A DNA stretch of 29,590 bases from Macrostomum lignano (taxonomy: Eukaryota). Of the stretch, positions 11,080-22,432 are shown piece after piece. The position numbers were made by a program, and so were the translations under genes. Below the pieces are notes generated by a model. That model saw nothing but the letters and a program-made list of their open reading frames with translations, made no database searches and was not told where the DNA came from. The stretch lies in assembly GCA_002269645.1 (NCBI GenBank), contig NIVC01004979.1, forward strand, positions 1-29,590, in the 5' to 3' direction. The first letter of the stretch is position 1; every line of letters starts with the position of its first letter.

Positions 11080-12899
11080 ATGGAATCGGCAGAAGCGGCG
11101 CTGGCTGCTCTGGTCGATGACGACCCTGACGCCTTCATGCGAGCTTTGAAGCCGGACCTGTCGGGAAGGCTCGCCCAGCCTCTGGTCGACGTGACCGAAA
11201 GCCACGAGATCCGGTGTCGCTTGCCGAGAAGTCGCCGAAAGTGGGCTTCGTCAGTCTGCAGTTCGGATACGCGATCCACCTGGCGATTCTGCTGCAGTCC
11301 GTGCGAGTGTTCGAGGCTCTGTTGGAAGACAGCTCCGAGCACGCGGCTCAGCTCGAGCTCGACGGCAGCACCGTTGTACACAGTCTGGCTCGCTGCCAGA
11401 TGTACGCGCCGAGGTTCAAGCGAGCCAAGCGTCTGGAGACGGCGCTCCTCTCGACGCTGAGTAGAGAGCCTCGTCTGCTAGACAGGCTGGTCACTCAGGA
11501 GGACTCGAGCGGTCTCCGACCTCTGGAGGCGTGCGTGAAGTTCGCTGCATTCCGACTGGCCCGCAAGATGTTGCACCTGCCGAACTACCTGTTGAAATCG
11601 GAGACTCGATCCGGCGGCTGGGCCGTCCGTCTCTACGACCTCTCCGACTACGACCTGTGTCACGGGAGCCGGTGCAACTCGAGTCCTCTGCACCTGCTCA
11701 CCTATGTAGCGTCGAGTCAGGTCGAGTCACTCAAGAAGTCCAAGCTGATGGAGGACCCTCTCATCCGACAGTGGCTTCGGTTGACGTACCGTCAGACTCG
11801 AGCGATCACATTTCTAAGGCTGTTGGTGATGGGCATACCACCAGCAGCATTTTTGTTGACGGTGTTTAGCCAATATGTAATGCTACTTGTATCAAGTTTT
11901 GGTTTGCTGATTCACTGTAATCAAGCCACCTTCACAGCCGCAGAGAAGCTAGGCTTCAATGAGACCGTGTTGTTGAACTCAACCCTCTTTTGGAAAGTGT
12001 TTAATGATCAGACAGTTAAGCAGACTAAGTGCTCAAGAATCGGCGAGGCAATATTTGTAAACACCTGTGTGATTTTTGCGGTTCTGGTCTTCAAAGTCAT
12101 CGTAGCCTGCGTGAAGATTGTTCTGTGGCTCCTGGAGCGGAGTCAGCGGATGAAGCTTCTCACAGCCGACAACTGGCGACCCACCACGATTCGTCCGTAG
12201 AACCATGTTCGACGTTTACCTGGCAGTAACTATTGCAGCAGCTCCTGCTTCCTAGTTGTTCTGTTCACCAACTTTTGGGCGAACTACTCAGGGTGGTACC
12301 GGACACTGCTCCCCATCAACCAGCGGTCTGGCTGGGTCACCGAGCAGCTGTTTCTCGGCTCGAATGCTTTATTTATCGCATCCGTTCTCTTGCAGTATTC
12401 CCAGTATTTGGAGATTGTATCAAGAGGCATTGGGAAACTGTTTTTCATATTTCACAGCATGATGACAAGTTTCCTGGCTTCCATGCCTCTGCTTTACTTT
12501 TGGATAATTTTGTTTAGTTTGATTTTCTTCATCCTGGTTGACACGCAAGACTTTAGCACTGGTTCTCTATCTTTGTATTCATCCGTGAGAGTCATACTGA
12601 ACATGATCAACTTCAACCTAGACAGTTCCATCGTTCTCATTATTCATTTCGCATTCTTTATGTTTGTCAGCATCAACCTGTTGAACTTTCTCATAGCGTC
12701 TGTCACAGAGACGTTCCAGCGGTGCATCAGCGATTTCGACGTGGCGTTCGACCTGCTGCGGCTTCTGGCAGCGCTGAAGACGTTTCGGTACTTTAAGTTT
12801 GTACCCCGGTGCAATCACTGGCTAGAAGTGAGATCTCATGGCATCTGCAGACGTCGGGTGGTCGTTGAAGTTGTTCAACCGGCTTTTAAAAGGCAATAA
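11080..12899 (+). pseudogene. TRPV-like channel copy 2 with three frameshifts (pseudogene or assembly errors)
   Basis: The N-terminal block is near-identical to copies 1 and 3. Frame breaks at ~11242 (GTGGGC versus GTGGGGC in the paralogs), ~12186 and ~12241. The intervening pieces translate to RFVRRTMFDVYLAVTIA and CFLVV...EQLFLGSNALFIA, which align with copy 3. Confidence 0.75.
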
Positions 12900-13809
12900 T
12901 GTCCTAATCGTCTAAACCAGCGAATACCTTCGTGGCAAAATCCTTTGTTTGGAAGCTTGATTCGCGATGTTTAGCTGGATTAACTTGATTAGAGGCAGGC
13001 GATTCAGCTTTCCTAATATTTCTCCATACTGCTTAGTCATTGCGCAGAATGCTGTGTCGTTTACCTCGGTTTTCTCCCGTCTCAGTCCGTACATCTACGA
13101 GTACACTGCTTGAATATTTTGCATTCACGAATAAAACGTACTTTGAGCCAACATACGCTCGTATATTCAACTATTTAATCGTAAGTTTCTGTTGAGTACT
13201 ACGAGTAGTTTTCACCCGTGAGTGAAACCAGCTTCATTATAAGTTATATTACCCTGGAAGGCGAGTGTTCAGCAACTATTGCTACGAGCGTACGTACCGA
13301 CCAATTTGGAAGGTTACAAATGAAGGTTAGATAAAAGGCCGGGACGTTCAATATTTATTGGCAGTTTATAGCAATCAATTAAAGGTTGTCCCGAAATACT
13401 AAATGACGAAATTAGCACTTGCTCCTAGCGACTCTTGGATGCTTATCACAGAATCGCGCTTAGAATTTTTATAGTAGATTACGACGCTTGTACAATAATT
13501 TACCGATTGTAAAGGAATTACACGTAGTACAATAAGGGCCACTTCAAAGCAGCAGAGAAGTTAATCCAAGATTTAAAAGGTTTCCAGAAAAACTTTAAGA
13601 AAACACATTTGAAAGAGATATGGGATGGGACTTTTGCAAAGGAAAATAGTGCAAAACGAATGACGCATAAATATGAAACTGCAATATTGTTTTGCGCTCT
13701 AAGGTTCATGTTGTACTCGCGACTCTCAGGAATGGTGCACCTACGAGGGTCAGAGTACGCGGGCCCGTGCTGGCCTGCGTCGGGACGCGAGTGTCCGCAC
13801 GGGACCCTA

Positions 13810-13986
<177 letters not shown>

Positions 13987-14284
13987 TCACACGGACTGTC
14001 CCTGCTACAGCTCCCGAAATGAAGAGACAAGGCAGTGACTTACTTCGCGGATAGCTCGCCCTTGCGCGTGCGGTCAATAAATCGTAGCTGAGGTCTGCTC
14101 GCGGCTGGCGGACCCGATGGTAAACGTTTATTGCGTATGTGTTAGGGGAAGGACGGTCTAAAGACGCTGTAATCGGCGCTCTGGGCCTGCGTTGTAGAGT
14201 GCGGCAAACCAAAACAACCACGGGCCGACAGCCACCCGCCCCGGCCGCGCCTTAAAATGCCACGACCCTCCCGGACCGGGGGCT

Positions 14285-14340
14285 CCCCCCCGCCCCACCC
14301 CCGCCCCACCCCCGGCCCAGCCACCCACCGGCCAATCACG
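14285..14340. promoter_or_regulatory. GC-box pair/C-tract cluster (G-quadruplex potential on the minus strand) plus CCAAT box
   Basis: CCCCCCCGCCCCACCCCCGCCCCACCCCC at 14285-14313; GGCCAATCA with CCAAT at 14332-14336. Confidence 0.35.
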
Positions 14341-14540
14341 GCGCAGCTGGGGGAGGCCAGCCCGGGAGGAGGCCAAAAGGGCGGCCCAGCCAACCAGCGC
14401 GCAGACAACCCAAAGGGCTAAGCGGCTTACACCGCCGAGCCTATCACACCAAAAACAAATACGGAGCAGAGTGCACTTTGGCAGGGCAAGCGCACGGGCA
14501 CAACGTTCAGAAAGTCGTCGAAAATCTCTAAAAGAATGCA

Positions 14541-16433
14541 TTAAATATCCGGCAAAGATTCCATTTCTCGACTACAGGATCTAAAATTTTGCTGCTTCCG
14601 CTTGAATTCACTTTTCGAGTACAGCCTCTTGAACACCGGTTGAACAACCTCAACGATAACCCGCCGTCTACAGCTGCCGTGAGACCTCACCTCGAGCCAG
14701 TGCTTGCACCGAAACACGAACCCGAAGTACCGAAACGTCTTCAACGCTGTCAGAAGTCGCAGCAGGTCGAAGGCCACATCGAAGTCGCTGATGCACCGCT
14801 GGAACGTCTCCGTGACGAACGCGATGAGAAAGTTCAGCAGGTTGAGGCCCACAAACACGAAGAACAGCACGTGGATGATGAGAACCATCACGCTGTCCAA
14901 GCTGAAGGTGATCATATTGAGGATGACCTTGACCGACGAGTAGAGCGACAACAGGCCGGTCTCGAAGTCGGGCGAGTCAACCAAGATGAAGAAGTCCAGG
15001 CTGAAGAGAATGATCCAGTAGAACAGCAGCGGCAGCGCGGCCAGGAAGCTGGACAGCATGCAGTGGAAGGTGAAGAAGAGCTTCCCGACCGACTTCGTCA
15101 CGATCTCCATGTACTGCGCAAAGTGCAGCAGCGTGAACGCGATGAAGAGAGTGTTGGACCCAATGAACAGTTGCTCCACAGCTCTACCGTTGCTCTGGTC
15201 GCTTGGATACAAATTTTCATAGAAATTATCGGACCTCAGGAACGTCGCGACAACTAGAAAGCAGATGCCACTCGCGATTGCAACAAAGTGATAAAAATCA
15301 AAGATGGCCCGTCGAACAAATCTGTCAAGCAGCGACCAGTTGTCCGCAGTCAATATTTTTTTCTTATTTTCGTGTTCAAGCGCAGAGAATCCAGTCTTCA
15401 GAGCCGCAGTGACGCACATGAAGGCAGTCACGAGACTAATCACCAGAAAGTTTATGTCGATGGATTGAAGAAATTCTGCACAGCTTTTTGACTTTATTTT
15501 TTGCTGATTAAAAAACGTAAAATAAATGGTTAAATTGCTCAAAACGCTGGCATTGTATCCTGATGATTTTGCAGCAGAAAATGTTGCTCGGTTGCAGTGA
15601 ATGAGGTTGCCAAAACAGGCCACCGTCAGCATGATTGATTCGTTCACGGCTGTAAGAAGAAATACCGATGTTGGAACGCTCATCACCAGCAGCCTCAGAA
15701 ATGTGATCGCTCGAGTCTGACGGTACGTCAACCGAAGCCACTGTCGGATGAGAGGGTCCTCCATCAGCTTGGACTTCTTGAGCGACTCGACCTGACTCGA
15801 CGCTACATAGGTGAGCAGGTGCAGAGGACTCGAGTTGCACCGGCTCCCGTGACACAGGTCGTAGTCGGTGAGGTCGTAGAGACGGACGGCCCAGCCGCCG
15901 GATCGAGTCTCCGATTTCAACAGGTAGTTCGGCAGGTGCAACATCTTGCGGGCCAGTCGGAATGCAGCGAACTTCACGCACGCCTCCAGAGGTCGGAGAC
16001 CGCTCGAGTCCTCCTGGGTGACCAGCCTGTCTAGCAGACGAGGCTCTCTACTCAGCGTCGAGAGGAGCGCCGTCTCCAGACGCTTGGCTCGCTTGAACCT
16101 CGGCGCGTACATCTGGCAGCGAGCCAGACTGTGCACAACGGTGCTGCCGTCGAGCTCGAGCTGAGCCGCGTGCTCGGAGCTGTCTTCCAACAGAGCCTCG
16201 AACACTCGCACGGACTGCAGCAGAATCGCCAGGTGGATCGCGTATCCGAACTGCAGACTGACGAAGCCCCACTTTCGGCGACTTCTCGGCAAGCGACACC
16301 GGATCTCGTGGCTTTCGGTCACGTCGACCAGAGGCTGGGCGAGCCTTCCCGACAGGTCCGGCTTCAAAGCTCGCATGAAGGCGTCAGGGTCGTCATCGAC
16401 CAGAGCAGCCAGCGCCGCTTCTGCCGATTCCAT
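14541..16433 (-). CDS. Divergent TRPV-like ankyrin/6TM cation channel, copy 3 (ORF from 16454; MESAE at 16433)
   Basis: Same motifs as copy 1. Intact 637-aa ORF with a short C-terminal extension. Confidence 0.75.
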   Translation of the reverse strand: MESAEAALAALVDDDPDAFMRALKPDLSGRLAQPLVDVTESHEIRCRLPRSRRKWGFVSLQFGYAIHLAILLQSVRVFEALLEDSSEHAAQLELDGSTVVHSLARCQMYAPRFKRAKRLETALLSTLSREPRLLDRLVTQEDSSGLRPLEACVKFAAFRLARKMLHLPNYLLKSETRSGGWAVRLYDLTDYDLCHGSRCNSSPLHLLTYVASSQVESLKKSKLMEDPLIRQWLRLTYRQTRAITFLRLLVMSVPTSVFLLTAVNESIMLTVACFGNLIHCNRATFSAAKSSGYNASVLSNLTIYFTFFNQQKIKSKSCAEFLQSIDINFLVISLVTAFMCVTAALKTGFSALEHENKKKILTADNWSLLDRFVRRAIFDFYHFVAIASGICFLVVATFLRSDNFYENLYPSDQSNGRAVEQLFIGSNTLFIAFTLLHFAQYMEIVTKSVGKLFFTFHCMLSSFLAALPLLFYWIILFSLDFFILVDSPDFETGLLSLYSSVKVILNMITFSLDSVMVLIIHVLFFVFVGLNLLNFLIAFVTETFQRCISDFDVAFDLLRLLTALKTFRYFGFVFRCKHWLEVRSHGSCRRRVIVEVVQPVFKRLYSKSEFKRKQQNFRSCSREMESLPDI

Positions 16434-17711
16434 GCTTCGTGTGTTAGAAAGCATAAATGATTGACGGCTATATCTTGAACTTTTTAGCTGCTGCGTCAGA
16501 AGACGAGCTGCAGTCTGTCTCCTGAAGAATAACTATACCAACTATACCTAATATATGACAGAAGTGCTCACGGAGCAATTGCTGATTCAGTCTTCCTATC
16601 CCTATGGAACAGCGTTGTTGGAGGATTCGCTGAGTGGGCGCTCTCTAACCGCGTGCCTCCTATTTTGAATAATTCTGCCCGGGCCCTGTGCCGATCTCCG
16701 CAGCTCGTGAGCAAACATGCTGTTCTTGTCCCGCTGCGGGGGACGCTTCGAGGCTGTAGTCAACTTTCGATCGCCATGGCAACAAGCATTGATTAATCTG
16801 CGCCTGCGTGCTTGTCCCATTTCCTCACTAGGATTTCGTGGGGATTTCGATAACGATTTTACAAGGGGCCTAATAGGGAATCGGCAATAGACGAATCGGA
16901 TACAGTGTTTGAAGTGCTCTCCTTGCCCTTTAGCTATTGGAAATCTAAAATAAACAGTAAATGGCCGATATTTTGTTTAATCTGTGAGTTTACTGTTTCA
17001 CCCAGAGCTGATTGCTAATTTCATATTACTGTTTGCCCGCGTGAACAACCTGGTGGCCTGGAGTACTTTTGGCTCAGTGCTATATAGTTAATAACGAAGT
17101 ACCTGATGTTAAACTCAGAACAAGTTTTAGACTCGTGAGGTTCTGGTAGTCCGGGGGTTGCAATTTACTTTTATAGCTTCAACTTTCATGTCGGGGTTTC
17201 GCCAGTGAGTATGCGTTTTTAAGCGCAATAAAAATGCGTCAAGCTTATGTAAGTAAAGCTACAAGTCTCAAGCAGAAATTACGGTAAATACTGTTTAGGC
17301 GGTGAAAGCGGATTAATACATTATTATGTTGGGTAGGATAATTTATTACTGGCTTGTGCCAAATTTTTCTAGCAACAAAGGAGAAGGGAGGGCGAAACTA
17401 GCTCGGCTGCAATGAGGAAACGAACAATTTTTTTATACGGGAAAACTCTACGAATAGTAAGTAGTATGCTAAGCGCATGACAGGCATATATTATTAATCT
17501 CATTATAAAAGCTCAGTCGATCCTTCAATTAAATCGATGTTTTTGTTTCTTAAGAGCAAGCGAGGTGAGAAAATGCAGAACGGCGCTTATCATGAGCTTC
17601 TGTACAAATCCGATCGCGCCTTGGTCGGGGCGCGCTGATCCGAGGCAAAGCTAGGCAAGGATGACCGTGTGACGAAGGAAGCGAAGGAAGCCAGTAAACC
17701 AGGTGCTCAGC

Positions 17712-17907
17712 TCAGTTACCGCCGCCTCCGGTGAACAGCGACACCAGCTTGTTTGGCTTCAGCCGCGACGTCAACGAAGACATCTTTCTGCGCACCGGAG
17801 AGGTTGCCGCGGCAGCCGTCGACTTTGCAGCCGATGCTGCGGCACCCGCCGCCGACTGTTGCTGCTTTGGTGCCTCCTGAAGTCGATTGGCAACCTCTTG
17901 AGCGCGC
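17712..17907 (-). CDS. SCHIP1: SCHIP1-like terminal exon (R|RAQEVANRLQEAPKQQQ...LFTGGGGN*)
   Basis: Acceptor ATTCCAG|G at 17908/17907. Phase 2 matches the preceding exon. Open to TGA 17714-17712. Confidence 0.7.
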
Positions 17908-18389
17908 CTGGAATCAATGCGTGCTTGGATTCAAGAACGGTGCAGTATGGAAGCCCTCAGTTCGATGACCTCAGTTTGATTTGACCCCAGATTAAAAGAG
18001 AAATACGCATTCGACCTTTGCGCTGAACTGCCAGTTGAAATCTGCAGCCTTCCAGTCTACGCAGCTGCATCAAGCCCTATTAGATATTTTATTGGGCAAA
18101 TTGCAGCCGGCCCAATGCGCAGCAGTTAAAAAAACAATGGCCTGCTGTCATTCTGGACCCACCCCCGGCTGCAACTCTTTCCTGTGCAGATCACTTCCGA
18201 AGTGGTACTGGATGAATTGGAATTCCGGAATTACATGTTAAGCAGCCTGGGGCCGCCCCCCCCCGTAAGCCATTTGGATTGTAAATAAAAACTTCAAAGG
18301 AAGTGCGCACGAGTGAATAGAGAATGCATTGCACTCAAAAGCTACATTTAGGTGCATAACAGCTTCTCAGAGATTTGATGTTACAGGGG

Positions 18390-18444
18390 AGGCCCGTAGC
18401 CTAGTGGTCTAGCGCAAGCCCAGGCTCGATTCCAAGTGCAGCCA
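18390..18444 (+). mobile_element. Degenerate tRNA-like head (possible SINE remnant) in a SCHIP1 intron
   Basis: A-box-like TAGCCTAGTGG (18397-18407) and B-box-like GGCTCGATTCC (18423-18433). The spacing is too short for a functional tRNA. Confidence 0.3.
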
Positions 18445-18604
18445 AATTAATTTGGGGCTAAATTGGAATCTCGGCTTGGCTCTGCTCGTGCAATTAACGC
18501 CCTTGAGGGCCAACCTACCAAGGCCCAGTGAAGTGTACATGCCTAACGATAAATAAAGTTAAGGCCGCTGTACACTCTTGTGTGAGTGTGCCTGTGCGTC
18601 CCGG

Positions 18605-19060
18605 TACCCAGGCTAAGAAGCGCCCTAGAGTCAATTGTGTCGCCCCAGAGTCGTTTCAGAGTCGCTGCAGCTAACTCAGGTAAAATACGAAAGAAGCGAC
18701 TCTAGACGACTCTAAATAGACGAGATTTCACCGAGAAGTCGCCAAAAAGTCGTTAAAGAATCGTCCAAGAGTCAATTTGAAGCGTTCTATTGTCTGCGAC
18801 TCTGAAATGACTCTGTGGCGACACAAGTAACTCTGGCACGACGATATGACGAGCTTGGGCCGTAGGGTTATATTTGAGGCGTGCTAGAGTCGCTGTAGTT
18901 AAGCGCCAACACGACGACTCTTGGACGACTCTTTCGTGACTCTTACGACTCTACAACTCATGTGACGTGCTCGTGACGCAACAGTCGCATTAGGTGCGTT
19001 TGGGTCGTTAAAAAGTCCCGAGAGTCGATCCAGAGTCCCTAGAGTCACTAGTCAGCTGTT
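18605..19060. repeat. GAGTC/GACTC-rich element with nested inverted repeats (MITE-like)
   Basis: 18627-18665 pairs with 18796-18834 (39 bp, about 4 mismatches). 18756-18773 pairs with ~18915-18933. Many GAGTC(G) motifs in alternating orientation. Confidence 0.6.
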
Positions 19061-19230
19061 TGCAACGACCTTTTAGTGATTCTTTGTCACGGTATCGTTT
19101 TCAATGGGCGTATGACTGCGTACGTATCCGCACACTTGTGTGCCTCCTGCTCAGGGGAGTCGGTGGAATGGGCAATAATGGACACAGCCCTTCTGCCTCC
19201 AACAACAAATCGGATGTTGCAGAAACCTAC

Positions 19231-19324
19231 CTGGTGAGATCTTCAACCTCCACCAGCATAGAGTCCTGCTCCATGTGCAGATCGTCCCGCTCAATTAGGC
19301 TTTTAACCAGGTCCTCGTTGTGCG
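19231..19324 (-). CDS. SCHIP1: SCHIP1 coiled-coil exon (THNEDLVKSLIERDDLHMEQDSMLVEVEDLTR)
   Basis: Matches the recalled human [32 protein letters not shown]. Acceptor GCGCAG|, donor AG|GTAGGT. Phases 1 and 2 fit the neighbouring exons. Confidence 0.9.
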
Positions 19325-20730
19325 CTGCGCGAATGGGTGAGAGGCGGGTTTGAAGCGTTTGTTTATTTAGTGAACCGATTTGTTTAAATTAGCTTGTTAG
19401 GTCTTAGTGGCCAAAATCGCCGAAAGATAAAAGCGATAAAGGCTCTCGCTTTGTTTGTGCGTCCATCGTCTGGTTAAGCTAGCGATGTGACCGATGTCCT
19501 ATTCTGGCCTAATTTTCTTTCGCTGAGAAAATGAATGCCAGCCACTAATGGATCATCTCTATAGAGTCGCTCCTATAGAGGCTCTCTGTCAGCCTCTGGA
19601 GCTGTCAGATGCAGCAAAGCAACGCTTTAAGCCTGGAGGCTGTGCTGGAGGTCCAAAAATTCGAGGCTAAGAGGCGAAAAGGGGGAGAGCGAACAGCGGA
19701 AAGACGCGCGCGCGAAGCCTCGCCTTCGCCTTTGGAGAGGCTCGCGGGGCTTCAGGCGGGCGCAGATAATGGATGACGGCGGCGAGTGTTTTGGTCCCGA
19801 GGCCCGAGGGCTGCCCGGAATTCAAGACGGCTCGCCACGGGTCCCGTTGAAGGCCAAAATGGAGAGAAAACACACACGCAGCCGGGCAGACAGACAGCGC
19901 CAATGCTTCATTTTCTTCCCAACATATTTTTCCTTGCCCGGAAGAATTACCCGTATTTTCCCCCATTATAGTTCCCACTATACTGCTCCCATATTCGCCA
20001 AATAGAACTGTATACACTTTTGTGCATTACTGCATCCTGGCAGACTGGGGGAAAGGCCGATGGAGGCTTCCCGTTTTCACTTTCTCTGCAGTGATTACCC
20101 GAACGCCCACGGACGCTTGCGCAGCTACTGGGCCTCCCAAATCTCTTCATGCTGCAGAATATCATGGCCAATTCCATATGCCAGTTCCACGGCGTGGGAA
20201 ACAGGGGACCCCGATTCCTTCTGAGGTCGAACGGGACGGGACGGGACGAACTTTCGGGCCGAGGCGATGCAGGAGCAGCTGCTAAAAGTCGGACGTCATT
20301 ATCTTCTGGGCCGCAGTCTCGACGATGCGGCGCGACCCTCTTCCCCCCCTGGAATTCTAGGAAATAGTGCAGCTCGCTAGCGGCCGCTTATATGGTCAGA
20401 ATGAGGACTCTACACCAGCCCATCAGCGAAGCTTTATGATGGCCCAGTCGATCTTTACTGCCATTGCTGGCTGGCGCTTTTCGTTATATTTTTCCTAAGC
20501 TACCATCTATATAGTCAAAATAATAACGGATGATAATAAGCAATAGCAGGTGCGCTCGTTAAAACTGATGTGCAGGTGCTGTTTTACAGCCCAAAACAGG
20601 ACGGGACAAGTCGCCGCAAGCTACCGATGGGAGGGGCCTAATGAGCTGTCCAAAATGGCGCTGAATAGCAATGTAGCCCGAATAGTTCCGGCTAATCTGC
20701 GAGGAAGAAACTAGGTGTGTATACACTCAC

Positions 20731-20923
20731 TCTCAATGCGGCACAGCAGGTCATTGTGAATGACTTGCAGGGCCCCGAGGCTCAGCTGCTGCAGGTGGGC
20801 CCGGTGGAAACGGCGTGCTGCGGCTGGGCTGACGCCCATCAACTCGGCAACGAGATCGCGGCTGGCGCGGCTGCGCTGCTCGTGGCGTTCCACCTCCAGT
20901 TGCATGCGGGCCATTGGTCGGGC
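20731..20923 (-). CDS. SCHIP1: SCHIP1 exon (ARPMARMQLEVERHE...LSLGALQVIHNDLLCRIE)
   Basis: Matches the recalled AKPMAKMQVEVEK...MTIGQLQVIVNDLHSQIE. Acceptor CCTCCAG|, donor GAGA|GTGAGT (phase 1). Confidence 0.9.
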
Positions 20924-20968
20924 CTGGAGGTCGGTTGGTTGGTTTGTTAGGTTGCATATTGGAGCTTA

Positions 20969-21121
20969 GTGGGGTGGGTGTGCGGAGTGAGGTGGGTGTG
21001 TAGAGTGAGGTGGGCGTGTGGAGTGAGGTGGGTGTGCGGAGTGAGGTGGGCGTGTGGAATGAGGTGGGCGTGAGGAGTGAGGTGGGTGTGCGGAGTGAGG
21101 TGTGTGTGCGGAGTGAGGTGG
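20969..21121 (+). repeat. 18-bp minisatellite (GTGAGGTGGGTGTGCGGA), about 8.5 copies, intronic
   Basis: Read directly; lies inside the 20924-21237 intron. Confidence 0.9.
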
Positions 21122-21237
21122 TGAAGAGAAAGTGAGATGCAAGTCAAGAGTAGCGAATTGAACTTTCTACGATGGGACCCGGCTGTCTGGTACACCATAA
21201 ATTAATCTTGGATTTTTAAGGACAGAAGAGAACGCAC

Positions 21238-21465
21238 TTGTGCCAGGGCCAGCTGAGCTTCGGCCTGCAGTTGCGCCTGCCGAGTCAGCAGGCCATCGCT
21301 GGCTTCTGAGCAGCAGGTGCCGGCCGAAGCGGCGGCGCCAGCGGTAACAGCAGATGCGGAACCGGATGCAGAACCGGACAGGCTGCTGGTACTGCAGCAA
21401 CTGGTAGCTGCGGCGGTAGATACGCCAGTAATTTGACTGTCCGATGCTCCCGATGGGTTCAGCGG
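21238..21465 (-). CDS. SCHIP1: SCHIP1 exon (PLNPSGAS...GLLTRQAQLQAEAQLALAQ); alternative acceptor at 21471
   Basis: Matches the recalled PLSP...DFLTRQKKLQAEAKMALAM. Donor CAA|GTGCGT. Phase 0-0. Absent from the ORF track in this frame. Confidence 0.85.
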
Positions 21466-21617
21466 CTGAAGCTGTCGGATTCAGACTTTGAGGCTTATCT
21501 AATGATCATAAAACTTCTAATAAAATCGTAAAAGACTTTCTAAGACTCGAGGAAGACTTTCTAAGAATAAAATATGATGACAGCATCCCACAAGGATGCG
21601 AGTTCTCCATCTCTCAC

Positions 21618-21803
21618 CTCGGATTTGTAGGCATCGCAGATTCCGGAGTCGGAGACCAGCGTAGAAGAATTGGCGCTGGCGGCTGTTGAATCATCGGTGT
21701 CGGCCGCGTCGTCTTGGCGGGCTCCGTCGGCAGTGGCGCAGTCGCCGTCCTCTTCGTCGCTGGTGAGATCGCTGATGAAGCAAAGCTGCATGGGAGCAGC
21801 AGC
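21618..21803 (-). CDS. SCHIP1: SCHIP1-like exon (AAAPMQLCFISDLTSDEED...YKSE)
   Basis: Acceptor CATCAG|, donor GAG|GTGAGA, phase 0-0. Contains an LQICFVND-like motif. Confidence 0.75.
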
Positions 21804-22042
21804 CTGATGAGGGATTTCAAAGTGAGTTGAGTTGTTAGCGTGGTTATTTAACCTCAAGTTCTGTTGTTAAACTTCCAGATTTTTTTCAACAATAATTAAA
21901 AAATTTAGGTTACCATGGCAACGAAAAAACTCGTTTTAACGATGCTTCCTCTTCCAGCAGGTTTGACTAATCTATGGGATAAGCCTATGCTTGTGATTAC
22001 TCAACCCAGTTCTACTGCGAATGGTTTCTTCACCTGCGACAC

Positions 22043-22432
22043 CTGTGCTCGCCGCCGTTTTTGCTGCGGCCTGAAGCTCTGCTCTCTGTCAATCGCTGCG
22101 CCATGATTTTCAACACCGTCCGGCCCGTCGGCCGGGCTGGCGGCCTCCTCCGAGCAGTCCGAGTCCGAGGCGGCGTCGTTGCGGAAGCACATCTCCATGC
22201 CGTTCGACTGCGCCGGTGCCAGCGCCAGGCCGGAGCCCGCCATGGTTGCCGTGGCCGATGATGACGCGGTGGTGGCCGTTGACGAGGACAGGCCGACGCA
22301 GCCGGGAACGCCGTTGCCAAAGCAACCGGCTACGGCCGCCGAAGTTGAAGCCAAGCCGCTGTCCACATCGTCATCTTCGACCGACATGCTCAGTGCCTGC
22401 AGCACGCGTTCCCGCTCCGAGAGGCCGGCAGT
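22043..22432 (-). CDS. SCHIP1: SCHIP1-like exon (TAGLSERERVLQALSM...GMEMCFRNDAASDSD...RRRAQ); alternative donor at 22034
   Basis: Resembles the recalled NERESIRQKLAL...GMNLQICFVNDSGSDKDSD. Acceptor ACCCAG|, donor CAG|GTGTCG or CAG|GTGAAG, phase 0-0. Confidence 0.75.

Noticed and set aside
20947-21198. His-rich HLTPHT-repeat protein
   Set aside because: Translation of an 18-bp minisatellite inside a well-defined SCHIP1 intron.
21167-21400. ORF-track minus ORF MLQYQQPV...
   Set aside because: Wrong frame; the overlapping frame carries the conserved SCHIP1 LLTRQAQLQAEA segment.
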